NCBI GenBank assembly: GCA_037719965.1
Contig: JBBJMT010000013.1
Location: forward strand, 26,805-90,804
Direction: 5' to 3'
Length of the DNA: 64,000 nucleotides
Source of the DNA: Casimicrobiaceae bacterium
Lineage (GTDB): Bacteria > Pseudomonadota > Gammaproteobacteria > Burkholderiales > Casimicrobiaceae
Positions 40,113 to 50,932 of this stretch are shown here, piece by piece. The stretch's first letter is position 1, and every line of letters starts with the position of its first letter. Below the pieces are notes generated by a model. It saw only the letters and a list, made by a program, of their open reading frames with translations. It searched no databases and was not told the DNA's origin. The position numbers were made by a program, and so were the translations under genes.

Positions 40113-41291
40113 TCAATTGACTTCCAGCAGAGCTGCCGCACCCATGCCTCCGCCGATGCACATGGTCACGACAACGAATTTCACGCCACGGCGCTTGCCC
40201 TCGATCAAGGCATGTCCCGCGAGCCGCGCGCCTGACACGCCGTAGGGATGACCGACGGCGATCGCACCGCCGTTCACGTTGAGGCGTTCGTTGGGAATGC
40301 CGATTTGGTCACGGGAATAGATCACCTGCACGGCGAACGCCTCGTTTAACTCCCACAGGCCGATATCCTCGACCCGCTGGCCGGTGCGCGCGAGCAGCTT
40401 GGCTACGGCGAACACAGGGCCGATGCCCATTTCGTCGGGCTCGCATCCGGCGACCGCGAAGCCGCGGAAGATGCCCATCGGCGCAACACCTTGCTTTGCC
40501 GCAGCCTTGTCGCTCATCACGACACACGCCGACGCGCCATCGGAAAACTGGCTCGCATTCCCTGCGGCGATCACGCCGCCCGGCAGCGCCGGCTTGATCT
40601 TCGCGACACCTTCGTAGCTAGTGTCGGCACGGATGCCCTCGTCTGCGGCAAGGGTTACCTCCTTCGTGAACAGGCGGCCCGAATCCTTGTCCGCTATGCC
40701 CATCGTCACCGTGATCGGCACGATCTCATCGGTGAATTTTCCTGCGGCCGCAGCGGTAGCCGCGCGCTGCTGGCTTTGCACACCGTACTCATCCTGCTGT
40801 TCGCGCGGGATGTGGTAACGCTCCGCAACGTTCTCCGCGGTCTGCAGCATCGTCCAGTAAAGCCCCGGCTTGTGCTGGTTAAGCCACGCTTCGCGCAGCA
40901 TGTGCCTGTTCGTCTCGTTCTGCACACACGAGATGGATTCGACGCCGCCCGCTACGAAGATGTCGCCTTCGCCGGCGATCACGCGCTGCGCGGCAAAGGC
41001 GATCGTCTGCAGACCGGAGGAGCAAAAGCGATTGACAGTGGCTCCCGGCACGGTCACCGGACAACCTGCACGCAGCGCGATTTGCCGTGCGATGTTGGTG
41101 CCGGTCGCACCTTCGGGAAGGGCGCAGCCCATGAGAACATCTTCGATCTGCTCCGGATCGAGTTTGGCGCGGTCGATTGCGTGCTTGACGGCGTGACCGC
41201 CGAGCGTTGCGCCGTGGGTCATGTTGAACGCGCCGCGCCAGGATTTGGCCAGGCCGGTACGCGCCGTCGAAACGATAACTGCATCGGTCAT
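40113..41291 (-). CDS. Acetyl-CoA C-acyltransferase (thiolase, PimB-like)
   Basis: NRFCSSG, NEAFA, GHPYG, CIGGGMG. Confidence 0.93.
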   Translation of the reverse strand: MTDAVIVSTARTGLAKSWRGAFNMTHGATLGGHAVKHAIDRAKLDPEQIEDVLMGCALPEGATGTNIARQIALRAGCPVTVPGATVNRFCSSGLQTIAFAAQRVIAGEGDIFVAGGVESISCVQNETNRHMLREAWLNQHKPGLYWTMLQTAENVAERYHIPREQQDEYGVQSQQRAATAAAAGKFTDEIVPITVTMGIADKDSGRLFTKEVTLAADEGIRADTSYEGVAKIKPALPGGVIAAGNASQFSDGASACVVMSDKAAAKQGVAPMGIFRGFAVAGCEPDEMGIGPVFAVAKLLARTGQRVEDIGLWELNEAFAVQVIYSRDQIGIPNERLNVNGGAIAVGHPYGVSGARLAGHALIEGKRRGVKFVVVTMCIGGGMGAAALLEVN

Positions 41292-41321
41292 AGTCGTAGG
41301 CTCCTGATAAGCGACGGTAGG

Positions 41322-43415
41322 TCAGCCATTGAATGTCTTGCCTTCAGCCGCGAGCTTATACATCAGCGGCGCCGGCTGCCAGAACGCCGTATCGGCGTTC
41401 GGATTGGCGGCAAAGCGCTGCATGCTGCGAACCACGTTAGGCAAGCCCGTCATGTCAGCGTAGAGCATGGGGCCACCGCGGTGCAGCGGGAAGCCATAGC
41501 CGGTCAGATAGACGACGTCGATGTCCGAAGCGCGTAGCGCAATGCCCTCCTCCAGAATGTGGGCGCCTTCGTTGACCAGCGCGAAAACGCAACGCGCGAC
41601 AATCTCGTCATCGTCGATCTTGCGCGCGCTGATGCCCTTCTCCTTGCGGTAGCTTACGATCATTTCGCCGACTGCCGGGTCGGGAATCGCATCGCGCTTG
41701 CCACTCTCGTAGCGATACCAGCCCGCGCCGGTTTTCTGACCGAAGCGTCCCAGCTCGCACAGACGATCGGCGATGCGCGAGTAGACAACATGTGGTTTCT
41801 CAACATAACGGCGTTTGCGGATGGCCCAACCGATATCGTTGCCGGCAAGGTCGCTCATGCGGAACGGACCCATCGCCATGCCGAAATCTTCCAGCGCGCG
41901 GTCCACTTGCTCCACCGACGCGCCCTCTTCAAGCAGAAACATCGCTTGGCGCAGATACTGCTCCAACATACGGTTGCCGATGAAACCGTCGCACACGCCG
42001 GACACGACCGCGGTCTTGCCGATCTTCTTGGCGAGCTCCATCACCGTTGCCAGCACGTCCTTGGCGGTCGCCTCGGCTCGCACCACTTCCAAGAGCTTCA
42101 TGACGTTGGCCGGGCTGAAGAAATGCATGCCGACGACGTCGTGCGGGCGGTTCGTGCCGGCGGCGATCCGGTTTACGTCCAAGGTCGACGTGTTGGTCGC
42201 GAGAATGGCGCCGGGCTTCATCACTTCATCGAGCTGTTGAAATACACGTTGCTTCACATCCATGTCTTCGAACACCGCCTCGATAACCAGGTCGGCGCCC
42301 TTGATCGCAGCGTAGGATAGCGTGGGCGTAAGCAAATCCATTCTCTTCTCCAACTTTTCCGGTAGGAGCTTGCCCCTTTTCACCGCGCTCCCGTAGTTCT
42401 TGCGCAGGTTGGCGACGCCCTTATCGAGCGCGTCCTGCTTCATCTCGAGGATCGTCACCGGGATGCCGGCGTTGAGGAAATTCATGGCGATGCCGCCGCC
42501 CATCGTTCCTGCGCCGATTACCGCGACAGTCGCGATCTTGCGCGTCGGCGTGTCGGCCGGAACATCGGGAATCTTCGCGGCCGCGCGCTCACCGAAGAAT
42601 GCGTGGCGTAGCGCGCGCGACTCGGGCGAGTGAAGCAACTGTTGGAACAACTCCCGTTCAATGCGCAATCCGTCGTTGAACGGCAACGATACGGCGGCGG
42701 CAATCGCGTCGATGCATTTCCCCGGCGCTGGGAAGTTCTTCGCGACGGAACCGACCGTGTTGCGTGCGAACTGAAAGAAAGCTTCCGCGTTTGGGTAATC
42801 GATTTTGATATCGCGCACTCTTCGCAGCGGCCGATCTTGCGCCACGACGTTGCGCACGAACGCGAGCGCGCCTTGGAGGAGGTCGCCCGCGACCATCTCG
42901 TCGAATATCACCGTCCCCTGCAATTGCTCGGAACGCACGCTCGCGCCGGAGACAATCATATTCAACGCGGCTTCCACGCCGATTACTCTCGGCAGGCGCT
43001 GCGTGCCACCAGCGCCCGGCAGCAGGCCGAGTTTGACTTCGGGCAGCGCGACGTTAGCGCCGGGCGCCGCCACGCGAAAATGACAGCCCAGCGCCAGTTC
43101 GAGCCCACCGCCCATGCAAGTGCCGCCGATGGCCGCGACGACCGGCTTGGCGCTTGCCTCGACGCTACGGATAACGGTGCGCAACGTCGGCTCGGCGGTC
43201 GCCTTCTCCGTATTGAACTCGCGAATGTCTGCACCCCCGGAGAACATCTTGCCGGCGCCGATTAGAACGATGGCTCGAACGTTCGAATCGGCCAGCGCAC
43301 GATCGATGCCGGCGACGACCGCGGCGCGCAATGCGTACCCCAGACCATTCACCGGTGGATTGTCCAGCGTGATCACGCCCACCGCGCCGTGCACCTGATA
43401 ATGAGCGATACTCAT
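41322..43415 (-). CDS. Enoyl-CoA hydratase/3-hydroxyacyl-CoA dehydrogenase fusion (PimF/FadJ-like)
   Basis: [10 protein letters not shown] and PEVKLG (ECH); [19 protein letters not shown] (HAD). Confidence 0.93.
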   Translation of the reverse strand: MSIAHYQVHGAVGVITLDNPPVNGLGYALRAAVVAGIDRALADSNVRAIVLIGAGKMFSGGADIREFNTEKATAEPTLRTVIRSVEASAKPVVAAIGGTCMGGGLELALGCHFRVAAPGANVALPEVKLGLLPGAGGTQRLPRVIGVEAALNMIVSGASVRSEQLQGTVIFDEMVAGDLLQGALAFVRNVVAQDRPLRRVRDIKIDYPNAEAFFQFARNTVGSVAKNFPAPGKCIDAIAAAVSLPFNDGLRIERELFQQLLHSPESRALRHAFFGERAAAKIPDVPADTPTRKIATVAVIGAGTMGGGIAMNFLNAGIPVTILEMKQDALDKGVANLRKNYGSAVKRGKLLPEKLEKRMDLLTPTLSYAAIKGADLVIEAVFEDMDVKQRVFQQLDEVMKPGAILATNTSTLDVNRIAAGTNRPHDVVGMHFFSPANVMKLLEVVRAEATAKDVLATVMELAKKIGKTAVVSGVCDGFIGNRMLEQYLRQAMFLLEEGASVEQVDRALEDFGMAMGPFRMSDLAGNDIGWAIRKRRYVEKPHVVYSRIADRLCELGRFGQKTGAGWYRYESGKRDAIPDPAVGEMIVSYRKEKGISARKIDDDEIVARCVFALVNEGAHILEEGIALRASDIDVVYLTGYGFPLHRGGPMLYADMTGLPNVVRSMQRFAANPNADTAFWQPAPLMYKLAAEGKTFNG

Positions 43416-43448
43416 GGTTGTCCTTGTACCTCAATACCTCGCATTGCT

Positions 43449-44939
43449 TCAAGCCACGAGCAGTGCGAGCCGCGCGAATTGTTCGAGCGCGTGCGCTACA
43501 AAAGCGCCTGCGAGATTGCCATCGAAGCGGAATGCGGGCCCGCTCATCGATGCGGCGAGGGCCGGCCGATCGTGCGTGCCGTCGAGCAACGAGAGCAGCC
43601 GCCGCGCGTTCGCGTCGGGGAGTTGCACGCGCGTGTGCAATAGGCTGGTCACGTCTTCCTGGGTGCGCGCCTGAAGTCGCGCTAGCGAACTGGCGATAGG
43701 CCGCTCTCCCGCCACCTTGGCAAGCGCGGGCGGGTGGACATGCAGAATCAAGAGTCCTGCGACATACGCATCGGTCAGGAAGGTTTCGAAGGGACGCGCA
43801 AGGGTGCTGGCACGCACGGTCGCACGCAACTCGGCGGCCGAACAAGCCGCAGGCAACGATTGCAACAGGGTCTCCAACATCGCTCGGACCGGCCCGCCGC
43901 CACCGTGCGGGGGATCCAGATCGCGCGCGAGGTCTGCAAGTTTCCCGGCCGCCGCTGACCGCTGCAACGACGGATCGGCCGACACATGCATCGCTCCCAC
44001 CCGTTGCGCATGCGTCGTCATGTCGAATCGCGCTTCGCTCCGGTGCAGCAACGACTGGCGAAAGCGGCGCAGCCGAACGAAATCGAGATATTGCTCGCGC
44101 GCCAGCGGGTCGAGCGTGGAGAGAAACGCGCGTGCTTCCGCCGAGATACCGGCCGCACTCATCGTGTGCAGCTCCGCTTCCGCCAAATATTTGAGGCCAA
44201 AGTGCGCCGCGTGCGCGACGAACTCGTGAAAGTAAACAGGAGTATTTAGCTCGGCAAGATCGTCGTGAAAGAGCAAGCTATCGGTGCGTTGCGCGATCGA
44301 TCGAAACTCGGCACGCAGCGTTTCATCAGCCTCGTGCAGAGCCTTGCCGCCATCACCGATGATGCGTGCGACCTCGCGCGCGGCGGCCAAGCGAGCGCGC
44401 GGATCCGGAATGCGGTCCACGTGAAAATGCAGTACATCCCACGTTGCCTGGCGAACGCGGCAGCCGGGCAGCGCATTGAAGCTTACGAATATGATGCCGT
44501 TCGGCGCAAGCCGCCGACCGGCAAGCGCGAACAGCCCGTCGCGTACATGTGCCGGAACCCAGGAGTAGACGCCGTGCGCAATGATGTAATCGAACTCTCC
44601 ATGCGCCGGCGCGAGCGAAGCGAGATCTTCTTCAATGAGCGTGATATTGGTAAGGTCGAGCTCGGCGATTGTCCGCTGTCCCGTCGCGATGGCGAGCGGT
44701 GATAGATCGCAGCCCACGAACCGCGCGGAAGGCAGCGCCAGCGCCATTGGAATGAGGTTCCCGCCTTCGTTGCAACCGACTTCCAGCACGCGGCATTGCG
44801 CCACGTCGGGCGGCGTCGCGCCGAGAAACGTGGCAACCGTCGCTAGCCGGTCCGGATGCGTCAACGGATGCGGTAGCGCCGGGTAGGCGACGGCATCGTA
44901 GCGCGCCGCAAGCGCAGCGTTGACTGTTTCAAGGCTCAT
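43449..44939 (-). CDS. Class I SAM methyltransferase with methyltransferase-regulatory domain (PKMT-like architecture)
   Basis: Start MSLETV (44939); YDAVAYP...THPDRL, VLEVGCNEGGN, DYIIAHGVYSWV, LFHDDL...PVYFHEF, EQYLDF...RRFRQSLL. Confidence 0.8.
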   Translation of the reverse strand: MSLETVNAALAARYDAVAYPALPHPLTHPDRLATVATFLGATPPDVAQCRVLEVGCNEGGNLIPMALALPSARFVGCDLSPLAIATGQRTIAELDLTNITLIEEDLASLAPAHGEFDYIIAHGVYSWVPAHVRDGLFALAGRRLAPNGIIFVSFNALPGCRVRQATWDVLHFHVDRIPDPRARLAAAREVARIIGDGGKALHEADETLRAEFRSIAQRTDSLLFHDDLAELNTPVYFHEFVAHAAHFGLKYLAEAELHTMSAAGISAEARAFLSTLDPLAREQYLDFVRLRRFRQSLLHRSEARFDMTTHAQRVGAMHVSADPSLQRSAAAGKLADLARDLDPPHGGGGPVRAMLETLLQSLPAACSAAELRATVRASTLARPFETFLTDAYVAGLLILHVHPPALAKVAGERPIASSLARLQARTQEDVTSLLHTRVQLPDANARRLLSLLDGTHDRPALAASMSGPAFRFDGNLAGAFVAHALEQFARLALLVA

Positions 44940-45103
44940 TGGCTCGTACCAGGCTACGCTGTGGCGATGAGGTTGCGCATGGCGTCTCTGTGCACGCAAT
45001 TTGCAGATTACCATCCCTCCTCCGTGTGCCGCCCCCGGTAGTTTTCCGCGACGTGTTGCAGTAATCTCAATAGAGCGTCGGAGTGATGAAGGGGACCTAA
45101 GAG

Positions 45104-46204
45104 ATGGCAGCTCAGAAACCCGCAAAGAAGTCCCGGACGCCCAAACGCGCAGCGACCTACCGCCGGCAGCGACGACGCCGAGCCGGTCAGTTTCACCGCC
45201 TTTTCGGTGAAACAAATCAATTCGCTGCGGTCCGCCAAAGCGGGCGCCGCGCAACGCCTCTTGCGATCGGCCTCCACGGCCGCCGCCGCGTTTAGCCCGT
45301 TCGCGGCTTCGACCTCTCCCGCGCCGGAAGATAACCTCGTCGGCGTCGGCATCGGCGAAAAAATTTTGAACGGCAAGCACACCGGGATCATGGCCGTTAA
45401 ATTCCTCGTCAGGATCAAGTATCCCGACAATCAGATTCCGCCGGGCGAGCGTCTGCCGACCGAAGTAAACGGCCAACCCGTCGATATCGAGCAGGTCGGG
45501 ACATTCCGCCGCTTCATGGCGCAAATGCCGAATCCTCGCAAGAAGATTCGTCCCGCGCGACCCGGCTGCTCGGTTGGCTTTCGATTCCCGCACAACCAGT
45601 TCATCATGGCCGGCACTTTCGGCGCGCTGGTCAGAAAAGGGCCGAAGCGCTTCATCCTCAGCAACAATCACGTCATCGCCGACGAGAACCGGCTGCCGCT
45701 CGACTCTCCGATTTTCCAGCCCGGCTTCCTCGATGCCGGCAACCCACCGAACAACGGCCCTATCGCCAAACCCACCCAGTCCATCCCGCTTGTCGCCGGC
45801 GCCGCCAACGTGGTGGACGCCGCCATCGCGGAACTGGACAACACGAATCTCGCGAGCAACGCGATCCCGTTTATCGCCCGCCGGCAGGCAAGGCCTTAGC
45901 GCATATCGATATGGTCGTGCATAAATTCGGACGGACGACCGGCTTCACCGTCGGGCGCATCACCAGCATCGAGACTGACGTTAACGTGCAGTACGACATG
46001 GGCATCGTCACATTCACCGATCAACTCATCATCCGCGGGCTGGACGCGCACCCGTTCAGCGCGTCGGGCGATTCCGGTTCGCTGATCCTCGAACGCAGCA
46101 CCAACAAAGCAGTTGGCTTGCTCTTCGCCGGCTCGTCGTCTCATACGATCGCCAACCACATCGACAATGTGCTGCGGGCGCTGAGAGTCAAACTCGTGCT
46201 GTAG
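45104..46204 (+). pseudogene. NAL1-like trypsin-fold serine protease split by two compensating frameshifts
   Basis: SD AAGGGG before ATG 45104; catalytic His (LSNNHV), Asp (VDAAIA) and Ser (GDSGS); indels near 45158 (+1) and 45876 (-1); total span 1101 nt = 367 codons. Confidence 0.8.
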
Positions 46205-46237
46205 CGGGCGAGGCCGCGCCTGAGGAGAGGAAGCAAC

Positions 46238-46480
46238 TTGGCGACAGAACGAGAGATACGTGAAGTGAAGCGGCGGCACTCGCCGCAACTGTTAAGCCGG
46301 CCCGGCGTCTGCGGCGTCGGCATCGAGAAAGATGAATCGGGCGCTTACGTTCTGGCCGTTCACCTCGACGCCGGTAATAAGAACGCCCACTCCGGACTGC
46401 CCCAAGAAATCGAAGGCTACGCCGTGAAGTACATCCGCAGCGGCCCATTCCGCAAGCTTCCGAAAGGGGCCAAGACTTAA
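46238..46480 (+). CDS. 80-aa protein resembling the N-terminal domain of the adjacent protease
   Basis: Strong SD GAGGAGAGG before TTG; GVGIEK...LPQEIEGYAV...GPFRK aligns with the protease's GVGIGEK...LPTEVNGQPV...GTFRR. Confidence 0.75.
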   Translation: MATEREIREVKRRHSPQLLSRPGVCGVGIEKDESGAYVLAVHLDAGNKNAHSGLPQEIEGYAVKYIRSGPFRKLPKGAKT

Positions 46481-46654
46481 AGAGTAGTATTCGCTGGACT
46501 GAAACCGTCGAAATGTGGAAGTCGGGGAAACGTTGAGTGCGCGGCAATGGCCAATGCCACGTTATGAGTCGCCATGCACCAGGACAGCGGAGTTTTGCGA
46601 ACGAGACTGGCTTCAGACGAATTTGACCAAACCGAGGCGCCGGCCACGGCATTT

Positions 46655-46768
46655 TTACTCGTGTGCAATCGGCTTTTCGGTGAATAAGTAGTCTCGTAGC
46701 TGGCTCGAAAACGTTGGGTCCTTGCGGCGAATCCACTCGAGCACCATGGACGCGTGCTCCTTTTCCTC
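46655..46768 (-). pseudogene. C-terminal remnant of an encapsulin-type ferritin-like protein (EncFtn)
   Basis: Absent from the ORF track; reads EEKEHASMVLEWIRRKDPTFSSQLRDYLFTEKPIAHE*, the characteristic EncFtn C-terminal half; the N-terminal half is missing. Confidence 0.8.
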
Positions 46769-46810
46769 TCTTCCTTTACGGGGGAGGCAATATAAAGGCT
46801 TCGCTCAATA

Positions 46811-47384
46811 CTAAGCGTCAAAGAATAAGTGCTCGATCAGGATCTTTGTTCCGATCCCGATGAGAACCAATCCACCCACCAATTCGGCACGATGCCGATC
46901 CGGGTGCCCGCAACCGCTCCGATGAGCACGCCGGCCGTCGACAGAATGAGTGTCACCATGCCGATGATCGCGCATGCAAAAAGCACTGGATGATCGAGTA
47001 ATGGAAGCGTCACACCGGCCGCGGCCGCGTCGATACTTGTGGCGATCGCCAAGGTGGCAACGCCCACCCGCTGGCAGACGAAACCTTTTTTGTTGGCACG
47101 TTCGGGTCGGCACTCAGGCCTGCGCGGACCATGCGCCCACCGATGATGACCAGCAGAACGAAGGCGATCCAATGATCAACGCTGCGTATCACCGAAGCGA
47201 AAGCAAGACTCAGCAACCAGCCGAGCAGCGGCATGAGCGCTTGGGCCGCGCCGAAGGCGACCCCGACGCGCAACGCCTCGCGCGCACCCGGATGCGGGCG
47301 CGCAGCAGCACCCTGGCTCAACGCTGCAGCGAAGGCATCGATCGACAGGGCAAGCGCAAGGAGGAAGAGCGTCGTAGTGACCAA
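46811..47384 (-). pseudogene. mntP: Manganese efflux pump MntP family with two -1 frameshifts
   Basis: ALSIDAFAA, DHWIAFVLL, LAIATSIDA, AELVGGLVLIGIG spread over three frames; adding one G at about 47057 and one at about 46895 restores 191 aa. Confidence 0.85.
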
Positions 47385-47669
47385 TATTGCAACAACTCAA
47401 GGATGAAGAGCCGGATCAAACTTAGGTTCGCCCGCTGCCTAAAAGTAGTTCTCCGCGATCCCCAATCTATCCGATAACTATTAACTATCCATGGAATTAG
47501 AAAGCACAATTGGATTTATAGTTCGCGACCGCCCACCATACGACCGCCCCAATTTATATGCCGTACAGAATATTTACCTGCCCGCCTTTAGTGTTGCCAC
47601 GCTTAACATCAGCGCGTAAGCATACGGATAAAGGCGGTAGACCAACGTTATTCACAAAGGAGACCGAAC

Positions 47670-49787
47670 ATGAGCAAAGACAAGACACCGAGCAAGTCCA
47701 AAGAACGCAAACAGGAAAATAGCACGGCACCTCCCTACGGAGAGGCGCAATTGGCCGACGGCGGCGAGCTACACCAGGTTGCCGGTGGCGAGCATCCTGC
47801 GCTCACCACGAATCAGGGCACTGTGCTCTCGGATAATCAAAACTCGCTCAGGGCCAATCCGCGCGGACCTACACTGCTGGAAGATTTCATCCTGCGCGAA
47901 AAAATCTTCCATTTCGATCACGAGCGCATTCCGGAGCGTATCGTTCATGCACGGGCGACGGGAGTTCATGGGTTTTTCGAGCTGACCGCCTCGTTAAAGC
48001 AATACACCACCGCCAGGATCCTTACCGAGGTAGGTGAAAAAACGCCCCTCTTTATCCGCATTTCGACGGTGGCGGGGGGCGCGGGTTCAATCGACACACC
48101 GCGCGACGTGCGCGGGTTTGCCGTCAAGTTTTATACCAAGGAAGGTAACTGGGACTTGGTCAGCAACAACATCCCCGTTTTCTTCATCCAGGATGCCATC
48201 AAGTTTCCCGATCTGATCCATGCGGTAAAAATGGAACCCGATCGTGGGTTTCCGCAAGCGGCGACCGCACACGACACGTTCTGGGATTACATGTCGCTCA
48301 CGCCTGAAGCCATGCATATGGTGATGTGGATCATGTCGGATCGCACCATACCCCGTTCGCTGCGGATGATTGAAGGCTTTGGCATTCATAGCTTCCGACT
48401 GATTAACGACGCGGGCGAGTCGACCTTCGTCAAATTCCATTGGCGTCCCAAGCTCGGCTTGCAATCCACCATTTGGGACGAAACCGTGAAGATTGCCGGG
48501 GCCGATCAGGACTACCATCGCCGCGATATGTTTGAAGCCATCGAGGCGGGGCGTTTCCCTGAGTGGGAATTCGCGGTGCAGCTTTTCACGCAGGAAGAAG
48601 CTGACAGATTTCCCTTCGATCATCTCGACGCGACCAAGCTGATACCCGAAGAAATGGTGCCCCTGCAAGTAATCGGACGCATGGTACTGGATCGTTGGCC
48701 GGATAATTTCTTTGCGGAGACCGAGCAGGTTGCTTTCTGCCCTTCGCACGTGGTGCCGGGGATCGACTTTTCAAATGATCCCTTGCTGCAAGGCCGTTTA
48801 TTCTCCTATCTCGATACCCAGCTTTCGCGCCTGGGTTCGCCCAATTTTCATCTGATCCCGGTCAATGCACCCAAGTGTCCGTTCGCCAACCATCAGCGCG
48901 ACGGACACATGCAAATGGCGCAACCCAAGGGCCGCGTTGCTTACGAGCCCAACTCGCTGTCTGAAGACTCTCCGCGCGAAACGCCGACGACGGGTTTTCG
49001 TAGCGCCCCGCAAAGCGAGACCGGCGAAAAAGGACGCATCCGTGCCGAAAGCTTTGCCGATCACTACAGCCAGGCGCGGCAATTCTATCGCAGCCAAACC
49101 AAGTATGAGCAGGCGCACATCGCCTCGGCCCTGGTGTTTGAACTCTCTAAAGTCGAGCATCTACACATACGCGAGGCCATGGTCGGTCATCTGCGCCATA
49201 TCGAAGAAGACCTCGCTCAACGCGTCGCCACGGGTCTCGCACTTGAAAAAATGCCTGATGCGCCGGTTGCCGCAGCACCGGTGCTGGAGCTCGATCCCTC
49301 ACCCGCATTGCAGATCATCGGCAAAATGAAGGACACGCTCGAGGGACGCGCGATTGGCATCCTGGTCGCCGATGGTTCAGACGGTGCTGTCATCAAGAAA
49401 ATCAGCAAGGCTGCCAAGGCTGCCGGCGCCACGGTGAAGATCGTAGCCCCCAAAGTGGGCGGCGCGAGGCTGGCTGATGGCTCTATGCTGGCGGTCGACG
49501 GGCAATTGGCGGGAACGCCTTCTGTCATGTTCGATGCAGTCGCCGTGATTCTCTCCGACGAAGGTGCCAAAGCGCTGATGATGGAAGGCGCCGCGATCGA
49601 TTTCGTGCGCGACGCGTTCGGTCACCTCAAAGCGATCGGCGCCGACAATGGTGCCCAAGCCCTGCTGAAAAAAGCCAGCATCGGAAAAGATGCAGGCGTT
49701 GTGGATGCCAATAACGAGACCGCATTCATTGCTGCGGCAAAGACCCGCCAGTGGGATCGGGAAAAGTTGGTTCGAACCTTGGCTTGA
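47670..49787 (+). CDS. katE: Large-subunit monofunctional catalase (HPII type)
   Basis: [27 protein letters not shown]-terminal DJ-1-like domain (AIGILVADG...AFGHLKAIG); GGAG SD. Confidence 0.95.
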   Translation: MSKDKTPSKSKERKQENSTAPPYGEAQLADGGELHQVAGGEHPALTTNQGTVLSDNQNSLRANPRGPTLLEDFILREKIFHFDHERIPERIVHARATGVHGFFELTASLKQYTTARILTEVGEKTPLFIRISTVAGGAGSIDTPRDVRGFAVKFYTKEGNWDLVSNNIPVFFIQDAIKFPDLIHAVKMEPDRGFPQAATAHDTFWDYMSLTPEAMHMVMWIMSDRTIPRSLRMIEGFGIHSFRLINDAGESTFVKFHWRPKLGLQSTIWDETVKIAGADQDYHRRDMFEAIEAGRFPEWEFAVQLFTQEEADRFPFDHLDATKLIPEEMVPLQVIGRMVLDRWPDNFFAETEQVAFCPSHVVPGIDFSNDPLLQGRLFSYLDTQLSRLGSPNFHLIPVNAPKCPFANHQRDGHMQMAQPKGRVAYEPNSLSEDSPRETPTTGFRSAPQSETGEKGRIRAESFADHYSQARQFYRSQTKYEQAHIASALVFELSKVEHLHIREAMVGHLRHIEEDLAQRVATGLALEKMPDAPVAAAPVLELDPSPALQIIGKMKDTLEGRAIGILVADGSDGAVIKKISKAAKAAGATVKIVAPKVGGARLADGSMLAVDGQLAGTPSVMFDAVAVILSDEGAKALMMEGAAIDFVRDAFGHLKAIGADNGAQALLKKASIGKDAGVVDANNETAFIAAAKTRQWDREKLVRTLA

Positions 49788-49989
49788 TCTGGTGACGTTG
49801 CTTCGACCTACGAATGTGCATGCGACTTTCGCATGCGGGAGGGCAGTCGTGAACTGCGTTGACGGCGATGGAAGTCGGGCGCAGAATTTGTCGCGCTCGA
49901 CTGATCACGGAGACAGAAGAGCACTTTCGGCGACACCAACGAAACCGGCGCCAGAAGAACGGGTGGCGGAACAACCAGGGAGGCAAGCC

Positions 49990-50844
49990 ATGAAGGGTTG
50001 GCAACGCGCGATGCTCTCGCTCCTCGCGGGAGGCTTCATCACAGCGGCGCAAGCGCAGGACATCCGGCTGTACGCGTTTAGTTCCGGTGCGCTCACGATA
50101 GGAAGAGGGATCCTGCAAAACCTTGCCCCAATTGATCCAATCCAGATCCCGGTCGGCTTCTTCCTGGTAAGGCATCCCAGGGGCAACGTGTTATTCGACA
50201 CGGGCAACAACGACAAGCTGATCACCGAGCCGAACTATTGGCCCGCGGCGATGGCCGCGTTAAAGCCGGCGATGACACCGGACGTGGCGATTGACGTGCA
50301 GTTGAAAAAGGTGGGCGTTTCCCTTGACGACATCAGCTACGTCGTGGTGAGCCACCTGCATCTCGACCACGGCGGCAACATCGCGAAGTTCCCGAAGTCC
50401 ACGCTAGTTGTCCAGAAGGATGAAGTCCAGAATGCGTTCTGGCCGAAGGCGGGCACTGGCGGGCCTTATGTGCTTGGCGACTTTCTCCAGTTGCGCGCCG
50501 GCACCACGCAGAAGCTCATTCAGCTCGAAGGCGACTTCGACATCTTCGGCGACGGCACCCTGGTGGTGAAGCGCTGGGTCGCGCACACGCCCGGCAGCCA
50601 GATGATGACCGTGAAGCTGAAGAACTCGGGTCTTATCATTCTCACCGGCGACAATGTCTACTTCCGCGAGAATCTGGAGAAGGATCTGCCGCCGAACATC
50701 GTGTTGGCCTACTATCCCACCGGTTACTACACGGCTTACGAGTGGATTCGCCAGCAAATGGCCACACAGAAGGCGGACTATTTCACCGCGCACGACCCAG
50801 ACGCGTTCAAAGCGATGAAAAAGGCGCCGGCCTTTTACGACTAG
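49990..50844 (+). CDS. Secreted metallo-beta-lactamase-fold hydrolase, N-acyl-homoserine lactonase (AiiA/AttM) family
   Basis: Signal peptide; LFDTG, SHLHLDHGG (HxHxDH), AHTPGSQ, LTGDN, TAHD; GGAGG SD. Confidence 0.82.
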   Translation: MKGWQRAMLSLLAGGFITAAQAQDIRLYAFSSGALTIGRGILQNLAPIDPIQIPVGFFLVRHPRGNVLFDTGNNDKLITEPNYWPAAMAALKPAMTPDVAIDVQLKKVGVSLDDISYVVVSHLHLDHGGNIAKFPKSTLVVQKDEVQNAFWPKAGTGGPYVLGDFLQLRAGTTQKLIQLEGDFDIFGDGTLVVKRWVAHTPGSQMMTVKLKNSGLIILTGDNVYFRENLEKDLPPNIVLAYYPTGYYTAYEWIRQQMATQKADYFTAHDPDAFKAMKKAPAFYD

Positions 50845-50881
50845 GTCCTAGAGAACAACAACGCCGCTCGCGATTCGTGGC

Positions 50882-50918
50882 AACGCCGGGGCGCAACCCG
50901 CCCTGGCGTTTATTTTTT
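50882..50918 (+). terminator. Intrinsic terminator after the lactonase-like gene
   Basis: AACGCCGGGGC-GCAACCC-GCCCTGGCGTT stem followed by TATTTTTT. Confidence 0.65.
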
Positions 50919-50932
50919 GCGCTCCTGTTAAC

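Noticed and set aside
44940-45671. N-terminal extension of the methyltransferase (740-aa ORF)
   Set aside because: It is antisense to the protease gene; recognisable sequence starts at 44939.
47385-47669. yybP-ykoY manganese riboswitch expected upstream of mntP
   Set aside because: I could not find the GGGGAGTAG or CAACATACT core motifs on the minus strand.
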